Below are positions 39,727 through 47,024 of a stretch of DNA of 64,000 nucleotides, in pieces (the stretch's first letter is position 1; every line of letters begins with the position of its first letter). The notes beneath the pieces were generated by a model. The model saw only the letters and a program-made list of their open reading frames with translations, was not told the DNA's origin and ran no database searches. Made by a program: the position numbers and the translations under genes. This DNA is from an uncultured Acidimicrobiaceae bacterium (GTDB lineage Bacteria > Actinomycetota > Acidimicrobiia > Acidimicrobiales > Bog-793): contig CAWHOY010000008.1 of assembly GCA_963831155.1 (NCBI GenBank), forward strand, positions 252,281-316,280, read 5' to 3'.

Positions 39727-40863
39727 TTAGACCCGGTTCATCGCCCAAGAAGATATGTAGAGCGAGTGGTCGCGGATCGTCTGGAGCACCGTGACCGAGT
39801 ACTCGCCTCCTCCGACACTGAGGGTGTCAGTGAGCAGCACCTTGGTCGCTGTCATCCCGTAAGCGGTCACCGTGACATTCAGTCCGCCGTTGTATCCGGG
39901 GTTCCCCGAGCCGACGAGCGGGGGAGGGGCTGAAACTCCCGGTGCGAGATCCCTCCACCAGTCGAGGCGGTTCTCGTTCAGCGCCCGGACAGCGGCGATG
40001 AACGAGTCAACTGCAGAGTCCTGGACGAGCAACGGGCTCGTTGTTTGCCCCCACGCCGGGTTCGGCTTGCCGTTCAGCGCGAAACTCCCCATCGGCACCG
40101 GGTAGGTGGCAAGCGTGATCCCCTGGGAGGAGAGCGCCGGGGGAGCGGGGACCGCCGGCGGCGGGGTCACCCCGGGATAAGTGGTGGGCGCCGAGCTCGT
40201 CGTACGCGTGCCGACGATGACCGCCGACAGCACGTAGCGATCCGGTGTGTACCACAGCGCGTTGGTTGGCCAGCAGGTGACGAGCGTGATCGAGGGATTC
40301 GGCGTGTTGTAGACCGGCGCGCCGGACGCGACGACGGAGTGGCTCTCGACGCGGAAGTAATAGGTCTTGCAAGGCGTGACGTAGAGCACCTCGTCGCCGA
40401 CCTTCAAGAGCTGGAGGTTCTCGAAGTAGCTGACATCGTGGGCGACGAGCACCGAAGTTCCGACCGACCCCGGCCACACCGAATAGGGGTCGTGGCCGAC
40501 GGCGACGTTCAGCTGCGCGTCGTTCTCGTTCTGTTCGACCGGCGCCAGGACACCGAGCTTGGGGATCTCCAGCAGCCCTTGGACGAGGTGCTGTTTCGAG
40601 GATGACAGCTTGCACGAGACGAGGACGCCGTTCGAGGGCTCCACCGAGTGCGACAGCGGCGCGGCGAGGTTGTTCTCTTTCAAGAACTCGCGCACGAGCG
40701 CGTGACCGACTCGATTTGATCGCGCCGTCCAGGCCCAGGCGTAGGCCTGCCAGGCGCCGACGCCCAAGATGAGCAACAGGCCGGCAGCGATGATCACCCG
40801 GTAGCGCCAGCGCTTTGGAAAACGGGCGGGGTGATCGCCGCGGCGCGGACGGAGGAGTGACAT
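39727..40863 (-). CDS. sortase (N-terminal TM anchor, catalytic domain) with Pro-rich linker and an extra ~150-aa C-terminal domain
   Basis: SVLVAHDVSYF (His), ITLVTCWP (TLxTC Cys) and PDRYVLSAV (Arg). TM segment RYRVIIAAGLLLILGVGAWQAYAW. After ..VIVGTRTTSSAPTTYPGVTPPPAVPAPPALSS comes a further domain ending ..SLYISSWAMNRV. ATG 40863 is preferred; the ORF is open to GTG 40962. Confidence 0.85.
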   Translation of the reverse strand: MSLLRPRRGDHPARFPKRWRYRVIIAAGLLLILGVGAWQAYAWAWTARSNRVGHALVREFLKENNLAAPLSHSVEPSNGVLVSCKLSSSKQHLVQGLLEIPKLGVLAPVEQNENDAQLNVAVGHDPYSVWPGSVGTSVLVAHDVSYFENLQLLKVGDEVLYVTPCKTYYFRVESHSVVASGAPVYNTPNPSITLVTCWPTNALWYTPDRYVLSAVIVGTRTTSSAPTTYPGVTPPPAVPAPPALSSQGITLATYPVPMGSFALNGKPNPAWGQTTSPLLVQDSAVDSFIAAVRALNENRLDWWRDLAPGVSAPPPLVGSGNPGYNGGLNVTVTAYGMTATKVLLTDTLSVGGGEYSVTVLQTIRDHSLYISSWAMNRV

Positions 40864-40916
40864 CTCGAGCGAGTCTTGCGCACCGGTGCCGGATAGCGTG
40901 AGCGCCGCGGGACGGG

Positions 40917-40946
40917 GGATCCCCGGTCTTATCGGACCGGGGATCC
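40917..40946 (-). promoter_or_regulatory. perfect 12-bp-stem intercistronic hairpin between the large substrate gene and the sortase gene
   Basis: GGATCCCCGGTC-CGATAA-GACCGGGGATCC (mRNA sense). No U-tract follows it. Confidence 0.6.
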
Positions 40947-40995
40947 TGTCACGTCGCTTCACGTGCGAATCACAGCTATCAGCGCGCCAACTCGG

Positions 40996-43173
40996 TCATG
41001 CACGGCGCGCCGCCCGACGAGCCCGGCGCCGGGAACACCCGCCGAGGGCGAGGAGTCCAGCTCCGAAGACGAAGATGGCGATCTCGTAGGAACGAGAGCC
41101 CGCGAACGGCTCACCAGTGTGCGGCTTGGTGGCTTGCGGGACCGCCTTTGGCAGCAAAACCTTTGCCTTGAAGCTGACCTTGGCCTGGACCGCGTTGGTT
41201 TCGCACGTCGTCGCCGAGCAGCTCGGCGTGCCCTTGTTCGAGAACACGGCGACATTTTGGATCACCTGGCGGTTGGCGTCGCTCTTGTTGATGGTCACGT
41301 TGAATGAAACCGTCGCCGACCCACCGGCGTTGATAGTCATCCCCGTCCAAGAAACGACGTTGCCGCTCTCTGATGCCGTGCAGCCCGTCGCGCCATGGCA
41401 GCTTTCCGATCCCGCAACATAGCTGGTTCCCGTCGGAACGTGGTCGGTCACGTTCACTCCGGTTGCTGCCGCGGTGCCGGAGTTCGTCAGCGTCACGAGG
41501 TACTCGACGCCCGAACCCAACTTGACAGTCGAGCCCGGCTTCGGCAACGACGTCTTTTTCGCCGTCAATTGCGGGGTGCCCTTCGGCGATGCTGGCGGCA
41601 GGGTCACGCTGAAGCATTCGCTCGAGGCCGTCGTGCCCGAGACGTTGTCGGATGAGCCGTTGTAGGTCGTGTCGCCGCTGTAGACCGCCGAGAAGCAGTA
41701 GCTCCCACCAGCCGCCGGCATGAACGCCGGTGATGTCGCGGTGTTCGTTTCTCCAGAGCCCGTTCCGAGCGTCACCGGGTTCGTGCCCGATACCAAGTCG
41801 ACGGAATTCGCCGCGCACGTACCGGATTGACCCGTTGCCGATGAGACCAGACAGACATAGAAGGAGACGGTCCCCGTCGGCGTCGGTAGCCCGGCACCCG
41901 GGGTCAGACTGCTGACCGTCGCTGTGTCGGTAACGGTGGTCCCGGAGCTGAGCGTGACGTTGCCCGTCGAAGCCGTCGTCGCCGTGGTCGCACCGGCGGG
42001 ACTCACGACGAGCGTTTCGTCACCGCACGTGCTGAGTGCCGACCTGCTGTTCAAATCGCCCGAGTAGGACGCCTGCCAGTAGTAGATACCCGCCTGGTCG
42101 AAGGCGACGGACGCCGAGTTTGGCACGACCCCTCGGGTCACAGTGACCACAGGCGGCTGTCCGCTGATCTGGGTCGTCGCCGCGGTCGAGCAGTTGCTGT
42201 TCGTGTAGACGGTGTAACTCAGCGTCCCGCTCGCGTTCGAGCTCGCCCCGATAAGGTTCGCCGTGTCCTTGTCAGAGCCCCCGATGGCGATTGGTGAACC
42301 GGGCGAGAGCGAGGTCGTGATCGAAGGCGTCGCCTCGTTCACGGCGAGCTGCTCAGTGGAACAGCCCGAGACCGCCGGTGCGTTGTTGCTGTCGCCGGAG
42401 TAGAAGGCCGCCCAGTAGTAAGTGCCGGCGGGGTTGAAAGTGACCGAGGCCGAGTTCGGGATCGTGCCGCCCGAGAGCGTCACCGACCCGACGTTCGTCC
42501 CGCCTGTCGGCGCGGTTCCGCCCACCAAGGCCGTCGCATCGGTCTGGCAGGCCGTCGAGCTCGAGTAGTAGCGGTAGTCGACGGTGCCCGTCGGGTTTGA
42601 TGCCCCGGTGAGACTCGCCGTGTCCTTGTCAGAGCCCCCGACGGCGATTGGTGAACCGGGCGCGAGTGAGGTCGTGATCGAAGGCGTCGCCTTGTTCACG
42701 ACGAGTTCCTCGTTGCAACAGTCCGAGACCGCCGGTGCGTTGTTGCTGTCGCCGGAGTAGAAGGCCGCCCAGTAGTAAGTGCCGGCGGAGTTGAAAGTGA
42801 CCGAGGGCGAGTTCGGGACCGTGCCGCCCGAGAGCGTCACCGACCCGACGTTCGTCCCGCCTGTCGGCGCTGTCCCTTTTTTGGAAAACGCGCTCACGTC
42901 GGTCTGGCAGGCCGTCGAGCTCGAGTAGTAGCGGTAGTCGACGGTGCCCGTCGGGTTTGATGCCCCGGTGAGGCTCGCCGTGTCGTGCACGAATGTTCCT
43001 GCGTGGATCGGAGAACTTGGCGAGAGCGAGGTCGTGATCGAAGGTGTCGCCTTCCCCCACGCGCCAGACGTCGGCGCGTTCACGGCCAGAAGCACGATCG
43101 GAACGAGCACGCCCGATGCCGACAACGTGACGATCGCAGCGGTTCTTCGGAACCTACGAACGAGATCCTTCAT
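40996..43173 (-). CDS. large cell-surface protein: signal peptide, 3-4 Ig-like repeats, DUF11-type repeat, C-terminal sorting signal with KPHTG
   Basis: 725 aa. Signal peptide MKDLVRRFRRTAAIVTLSASGVLVPIVLLAVNA. Repeats of ~119 aa (ATPSITTSL..GTVDYRYYSSSTACQTD..AGTYYWAAFYSGDSNNAPAVS). DUF11 pattern (GSGVEYLVTLTNSGTAAATGVNVTDHVPTGTSYVAGS). Tail LPKAVPQATKPHTGEPFAGSRSYEIAIFVFGAGLLALGGCSRRRARRAARRA. Confidence 0.85.
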   Translation of the reverse strand: MKDLVRRFRRTAAIVTLSASGVLVPIVLLAVNAPTSGAWGKATPSITTSLSPSSPIHAGTFVHDTASLTGASNPTGTVDYRYYSSSTACQTDVSAFSKKGTAPTGGTNVGSVTLSGGTVPNSPSVTFNSAGTYYWAAFYSGDSNNAPAVSDCCNEELVVNKATPSITTSLAPGSPIAVGGSDKDTASLTGASNPTGTVDYRYYSSSTACQTDATALVGGTAPTGGTNVGSVTLSGGTIPNSASVTFNPAGTYYWAAFYSGDSNNAPAVSGCSTEQLAVNEATPSITTSLSPGSPIAIGGSDKDTANLIGASSNASGTLSYTVYTNSNCSTAATTQISGQPPVVTVTRGVVPNSASVAFDQAGIYYWQASYSGDLNSRSALSTCGDETLVVSPAGATTATTASTGNVTLSSGTTVTDTATVSSLTPGAGLPTPTGTVSFYVCLVSSATGQSGTCAANSVDLVSGTNPVTLGTGSGETNTATSPAFMPAAGGSYCFSAVYSGDTTYNGSSDNVSGTTASSECFSVTLPPASPKGTPQLTAKKTSLPKPGSTVKLGSGVEYLVTLTNSGTAAATGVNVTDHVPTGTSYVAGSESCHGATGCTASESGNVVSWTGMTINAGGSATVSFNVTINKSDANRQVIQNVAVFSNKGTPSCSATTCETNAVQAKVSFKAKVLLPKAVPQATKPHTGEPFAGSRSYEIAIFVFGAGLLALGGCSRRRARRAARRA
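42001..43053 (-). repeat. intragenic tandem repeats (about 360, 357 and 336 bp) encoding Ig-like modules
   Basis: Units 1 and 2 are near-identical at the DNA level (for example the blocks starting at 42361 and 42718, offset 357 bp). Unit 3 is diverged. Confidence 0.8.
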
Positions 43174-43176
43174 GGC

Positions 43177-43230
43177 TTAACACGACCCTTTCGCACACTT
43201 GATGGATACGAAGAACGTCGGTTTCGCCAT
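43177..43230 (-). other. 17-codon upstream ORF MAKPTFFVSIKCAKGSC, stop TAA 3 nt before the main ATG
   Basis: ATG 43230 follows TTGAGGGA. The stop TAA at 43177-43179 is followed by GCC and then ATG 43173. It is conserved with 39214-39270, with several third-position-only differences. Confidence 0.45.
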
Positions 43231-43251
43231 TCCCTCAACCGCGCAACGTGG

Positions 43252-43265
43252 CGACCATATGGTCG
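43252..43265. promoter_or_regulatory. perfect 14-bp palindrome CGACCATATGGTCG, candidate operator
   Basis: Lies about 20 nt upstream of the uORF ATG, inside the most conserved leader block, preceded by TTGAAAC. Confidence 0.4.
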
Positions 43266-43649
43266 GGCGGTTTCAACGGGACGCCCAGCAACTGCTCGAT
43301 ACAACGCCGAATCGATTTCGGCGTTCGAATGGGAGACTTCTCTCCCCAGTTGCTCAACCGGAGACGCCTCCCGGCGTGTCGCGAGCGGTGAATCAACACT
43401 CGCTACGAAAAATCATGGATGAGGAGGCGTAACGTAACAAGGCATGAATGAATCAGATGCATCAGAATTGCGCGCTTTCCGAGGACTGTTCGTGAGGTAT
43501 CGAACACGATTAGTAGCGAAACGTGAACGGAGGCGAATTTGGTGCCGCGCTCGAAACGGGCATCGTGTATTGCATGACGCGCTCGACGCGTGGAGTAGCG
43601 GCGAGGCGCGAGCGGACGATCATGTCGCGTAAATGATTTCTCAACGCAA

Positions 43650-43722
43650 TGGCGGGTAGTTCAATCGGCAGAACGCCTGACTTTGGATCAGGAGGTTGGA
43701 GGTTCGAGCCCTCCCCCGCCAG
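43650..43722 (+). tRNA. tRNA-Gln (anticodon UUG)
   Basis: Cloverleaf drawn by hand. Acceptor TGGCGGG/CCCGCCA with U1:A72. D stem GTTC/GAAC with GG in the loop. Anticodon stem CCTGA/TCAGG with loop CTTTGGA. Variable loop AGGTT. T arm GGAGG-TTCGAGC-CCTCC. Discriminator G. No encoded CCA. Confidence 0.9.
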
Positions 43723-43925
43723 CAACTCGTTGTAAGACCAAGGCTGATCTGCGTCGTTTTGATAACACCTGATGTGGGACGCAGCACGGCTGATCCGATA
43801 ACGGGTGATGCTTGACACCGGCCCGCCTGTCATCCGCTCAGATGGCGCGAGGAGGTGCCGGTGTCGCTCCAATATGTTGTGAAGCGCGGCCTGCAGCACG
43901 TCGTGAGGGCAGGCGGAGGGTTCCT

Positions 43926-44906
43926 GTGAACATCGTCGAAAGATCGGACGGATCGACCGATATCGCCGTCTCGGTTCGCGATCTCATGAAGACGTACGAG
44001 GGCACACCGGCGGTGCGGGGCGTCGATTTCGACATATATAGGGGTGAGATCTTTGCGCTTCTCGGTCCGAATGGCGCTGGAAAGACGACGACGGTCGAGA
44101 TCCTTGAGGGCTACCGCAGTCGCGATGAGGGGGAGGTCTCCGTCTTGGGTTTCGACCCCGGAAAGCATGCGGAACAGATCCGCCCGCTGATCGGGATCGT
44201 TCTGCAGTCGACGGGGGTCGACCGCTACCTGACTGTCAAAGAGACGGTCGCGATGTACGCGAGCTTCTACCCCCACCCGCGACCGGTCGACGAGGTGATC
44301 TCACTCGTCGGACTGGACGAAAAACGCGACGCCCGCGTGCTCAAGCTGTCAGGGGGACAGCAGCGCCGTCTCGACGTCGCCATCGCTCTCGCCGGCGATC
44401 CGGACCTTTTGTTCCTCGATGAGCCGACGACGGGATTCGATCCCTCCGCGCGCCGCGAAGCGTGGGAGATCGTGAAGCACCTTTCGCAGCTCGGAAAAAC
44501 CGTGCTCCTGACGACCCACTACATGGATGAGGCGCAGTACCTCGCTGATCGGGTTGCGGTGATCGCGGCCGGGAAGATTGTCGCGACGGGGACGCCGCAG
44601 TCGATCGGCGGTCGTGACTCGAGCCGCCAGACACTGCGCTTCCGATTTGGCGACGACGCCGGACTTCCCGCTTCGTTCGGCGCACGACCCGTCGGCGACG
44701 GCATGCTCGAGATTGAACCGGTCGATTTCACGAAAACGATCCACGAAGTGACCGGCTGGGCTATCGACAACGGCGTCGCGCTCGAGGCGCTGGACATCGT
44801 GCGCCCGAGCCTCGAAGACATCTACCTTGAGCTCACCGGCGCGGCCGCGGCGACAGAAGCGCCGCCTTCGGGGCGCCGTTCGAGGCGAGGAAGGGGGAGA
44901 CGATGA
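43926..44906 (+). CDS. ABC transporter ATP-binding protein (DrrA/ABC-2 type)
   Basis: GPNGAGKTT, LSGGQQRRLDVA and LLFLDEPTTGFD. GTG 43926. Confidence 0.9.
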   Translation: MNIVERSDGSTDIAVSVRDLMKTYEGTPAVRGVDFDIYRGEIFALLGPNGAGKTTTVEILEGYRSRDEGEVSVLGFDPGKHAEQIRPLIGIVLQSTGVDRYLTVKETVAMYASFYPHPRPVDEVISLVGLDEKRDARVLKLSGGQQRRLDVAIALAGDPDLLFLDEPTTGFDPSARREAWEIVKHLSQLGKTVLLTTHYMDEAQYLADRVAVIAAGKIVATGTPQSIGGRDSSRQTLRFRFGDDAGLPASFGARPVGDGMLEIEPVDFTKTIHEVTGWAIDNGVALEALDIVRPSLEDIYLELTGAAAATEAPPSGRRSRRGRGRR

Positions 44907-45667
44907 AAGGGGTTCGCCTCTTCGTCTCGCAGGTCGGCTACATGAACAAGTCGTTCTGGCGAAACCCCGCCGCTGCGTTTTTCACCTTCGCGTTCCCGCT
45001 GATGTTCCTGGTCATCTTCACGGCGCTGTTGCACTACAAGGTGCACCTCGCCAACAAGACGGTGAGCGCCGGGACGTACTACGTCGCGGCGATGGCGGCG
45101 TTCGCCGTAATCACTGCTTGCTACACGAACATTGCGACGTACATGACCTTCCAGCGCGATCTCGGCGTTTTGAAACGGACGAGGGGCACGCCGTTGCCGA
45201 GCGGCTACTACCTCGGGGCGAAGGTCGTGCACGCGTTGGTGATCGCCATCTTGCTCGTTGTCATCACGGCTGCATTCGGTCGCGCCTTTTACCAAGCCGA
45301 TATCCCGACCGGGATGACGCTGTTGCGATTCCTCGTGATGCTCGTCGTCGGAGCGGCCGCGTTCTCGGCGCTCGGCCTCGCCATCACCTCGGTCGTTCCT
45401 AATGCGGACGCCGCGCCGGCAGTGATCAACGCGTCGATCCTCCCGCTGCTCTTTTTGTCCGGGATCTTCATCCCTCTCGGAAGCAACGCGCCCTCATGGA
45501 TCCATTGGGTAGCGAAGATCTTCCCCGTGTGGCACTTCGCCGGCGGAATGCAGGCCGGATTTTTGGGGACGTCATTCGACTGGAGCGACGTGCTGATCGT
45601 CGCCGCTTGGGGCTTCGCCGGGCTTGTCTTCGCGATTCGCCGCTTCACGTGGGAACCTCGTACTTGA
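44903..45667 (+). CDS. ABC-2 type transporter permease
   Basis: 254 aa with about 6 predicted TM segments. ATGA overlap with the ATPase gene. Confidence 0.85.
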   Translation: MKGVRLFVSQVGYMNKSFWRNPAAAFFTFAFPLMFLVIFTALLHYKVHLANKTVSAGTYYVAAMAAFAVITACYTNIATYMTFQRDLGVLKRTRGTPLPSGYYLGAKVVHALVIAILLVVITAAFGRAFYQADIPTGMTLLRFLVMLVVGAAAFSALGLAITSVVPNADAAPAVINASILPLLFLSGIFIPLGSNAPSWIHWVAKIFPVWHFAGGMQAGFLGTSFDWSDVLIVAAWGFAGLVFAIRRFTWEPRT

Positions 45668-45703
45668 ACTTCGGCTGCGACGTGCTGGCCACGGAAGGAC
45701 GCG

Positions 45704-46555
45704 ATGCGACTGTTGCGGGTTGGCCCCCCCGGAGGAGAACGGCTTTGCGGATTCGACGCCAGCGGCGACGTCCGCGACCTCTCGTCGCTTGGCCGCGACC
45801 TCGACGCGGCGTTCCTTACGGCTGACGGGTTCGACGCTGCGCGCGGCCTCCTCGCCGAGACGAGCTTGCCGAGGGTCTCGATCGACCGAGAACGGATCGG
45901 TCCGCCGATTGCTCGCCCGGGCAAGATCGTCTGTGTCGGAGTGAACTACCGCGCGGACGCGGAGGAGACCCGGGCGCGCGAGCCGAAGGAGCCGATCCTT
46001 TTCCTGAAGGCGTCGAACGCGATCATCGGTCCGAATGACGACATCATGATCCCGAGGCTCTCGAAAAAAACCGACTGGGAGGTCGAACTCGCGGTCGTGA
46101 TCGGCGCTCGGGCGCGCTATCTCGAATCGCCGGCGAAATCGGCATCGGTGATCGCCGGGTTCTCAATCTCCAACGACGTGTCCGAACGCGAGTTTCAAAT
46201 CGAGCGCGGTGGCCAGTGGACGAAGGGGAAGAGCTGTGAGACGTTCAATCCCTTCGGGCCCTTCCTCGTCACCAAGGAGGATGTGCCCGACCCCCAGTCG
46301 ATCCGCCTTCGACTGGCGGTGAACGGAATCGAGCGTCAGAACGCGTCGACCGCCGACATGATCTTTCCGGTCGATCACCTCATCTGGTACATCAGCCAGT
46401 TCATGGTGCTCGAGCCGGGCGACATCGTGAACACCGGAACGCCGTCAGGTGTCGCGCTCGGCAACCCCGAGAAGCCGTACCTGAGGGCGGGTGACATCGT
46501 CGAGCTCGAGGCGGAGGGCCTCGGCGGTCACCGCTGCCGCGTCGTTCAAGCCTGA
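45704..46555 (+). CDS. fumarylacetoacetate hydrolase (FAH) family protein
   Basis: KIVCVGVNYRADAEE..WEVELAVVIG..GTPSGV is the typical FAH-fold C-terminal domain. Confidence 0.85.
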   Translation: MRLLRVGPPGGERLCGFDASGDVRDLSSLGRDLDAAFLTADGFDAARGLLAETSLPRVSIDRERIGPPIARPGKIVCVGVNYRADAEETRAREPKEPILFLKASNAIIGPNDDIMIPRLSKKTDWEVELAVVIGARARYLESPAKSASVIAGFSISNDVSEREFQIERGGQWTKGKSCETFNPFGPFLVTKEDVPDPQSIRLRLAVNGIERQNASTADMIFPVDHLIWYISQFMVLEPGDIVNTGTPSGVALGNPEKPYLRAGDIVELEAEGLGGHRCRVVQA

Positions 46556-46634
46556 CCACAGACGCCGCGCGGCGCGCGGTGTCCCAACGCCGCAGCGAGC
46601 GGGTTGACGATGACCGGGATCGCGCCGGCGAGTC

Positions 46635-46739
46635 TCAGGACGACTTCGAAGCCTGCTTCGATTTCTTCGCGGCGCGTTTTTCTTTGAGCGAGCGCCCCGG
46701 TTTCTTCGTGTTTGTCTGTTTCGGCGACTTATCCCCCAT
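46635..46739 (-). CDS. small Lys-rich protein (34 aa), unannotated size class
   Basis: ATG 46739 lies 4 nt after GAGGGGGA. MGDKSPKQTNTKKPGRSLKEKRAAKKSKQASKSS, stop TGA at 46635-46637. Confidence 0.45.
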   Translation of the reverse strand: MGDKSPKQTNTKKPGRSLKEKRAAKKSKQASKSS

Positions 46740-46817
46740 CGATCCCCCTCGTGGTCAATCGCGACCCGGCGATTCTCGCGTACGCGGCAGCGGGCCGCGC
46801 GCTCGTTTGAGGCCCGA

Positions 46818-47024
46818 TCAGATCGCTCGTATGTAGACCAAAATGCCGAGCAGCAGGATGACGATTCCTGCGACCGGGGCAAGCGCCGCCCGCGTGGCGC
46901 GGGTCGCAAGCCGAATCCCGCCGACGATCGCAAGCAGCGCCCCGATGACGATGGCGACGATCCCTGCCACATGGTGCTTGTCGATGTGCGCCAGCACCAC
47001 GGCGAGCGATCGGGCTTCGAACAT
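46818..47024 (-). CDS. small two-TM membrane protein (68 aa)
   Basis: GGGAGG lies 4 nt before ATG 47024. Two hydrophobic helices (VAGIVAIVIGALLAIVGGI and VAGIVILLLGILVYI). Confidence 0.55.
   Translation of the reverse strand: MFEARSLAVVLAHIDKHHVAGIVAIVIGALLAIVGGIRLATRATRAALAPVAGIVILLLGILVYIRAI

Noticed and set aside
40864-40962. N-terminal extension of the sortase to GTG 40962 (MKRRDRIPGPIRPGIPRPAALTLSGTGAQDSLE).
   Set aside because: The extension is the translation of a perfect 30-nt palindrome plus rare codons (ATA, AGA, AGG, CTA, CAA). ATG 40863 gives a typical basic N-terminus followed by a TM anchor. The GTG is kept as an alternative start only.
43650-43722. tRNA-Gln as an integration site marking the sortase cassette as a mobile genomic island.
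   Set aside because: No integrase or recombinase gene was found, and no second copy of the tRNA 3' end could be seen by eye near 36.3-38.1 kb. The cassette may still be accessory, but mobility is unsupported.
43510-43899. A 129-aa minus-strand ORF covering the 43.5-43.9 kb gap.
   Set aside because: It runs antisense straight through the tRNA-Gln gene (43650-43722) and has no SD or coding-like composition.
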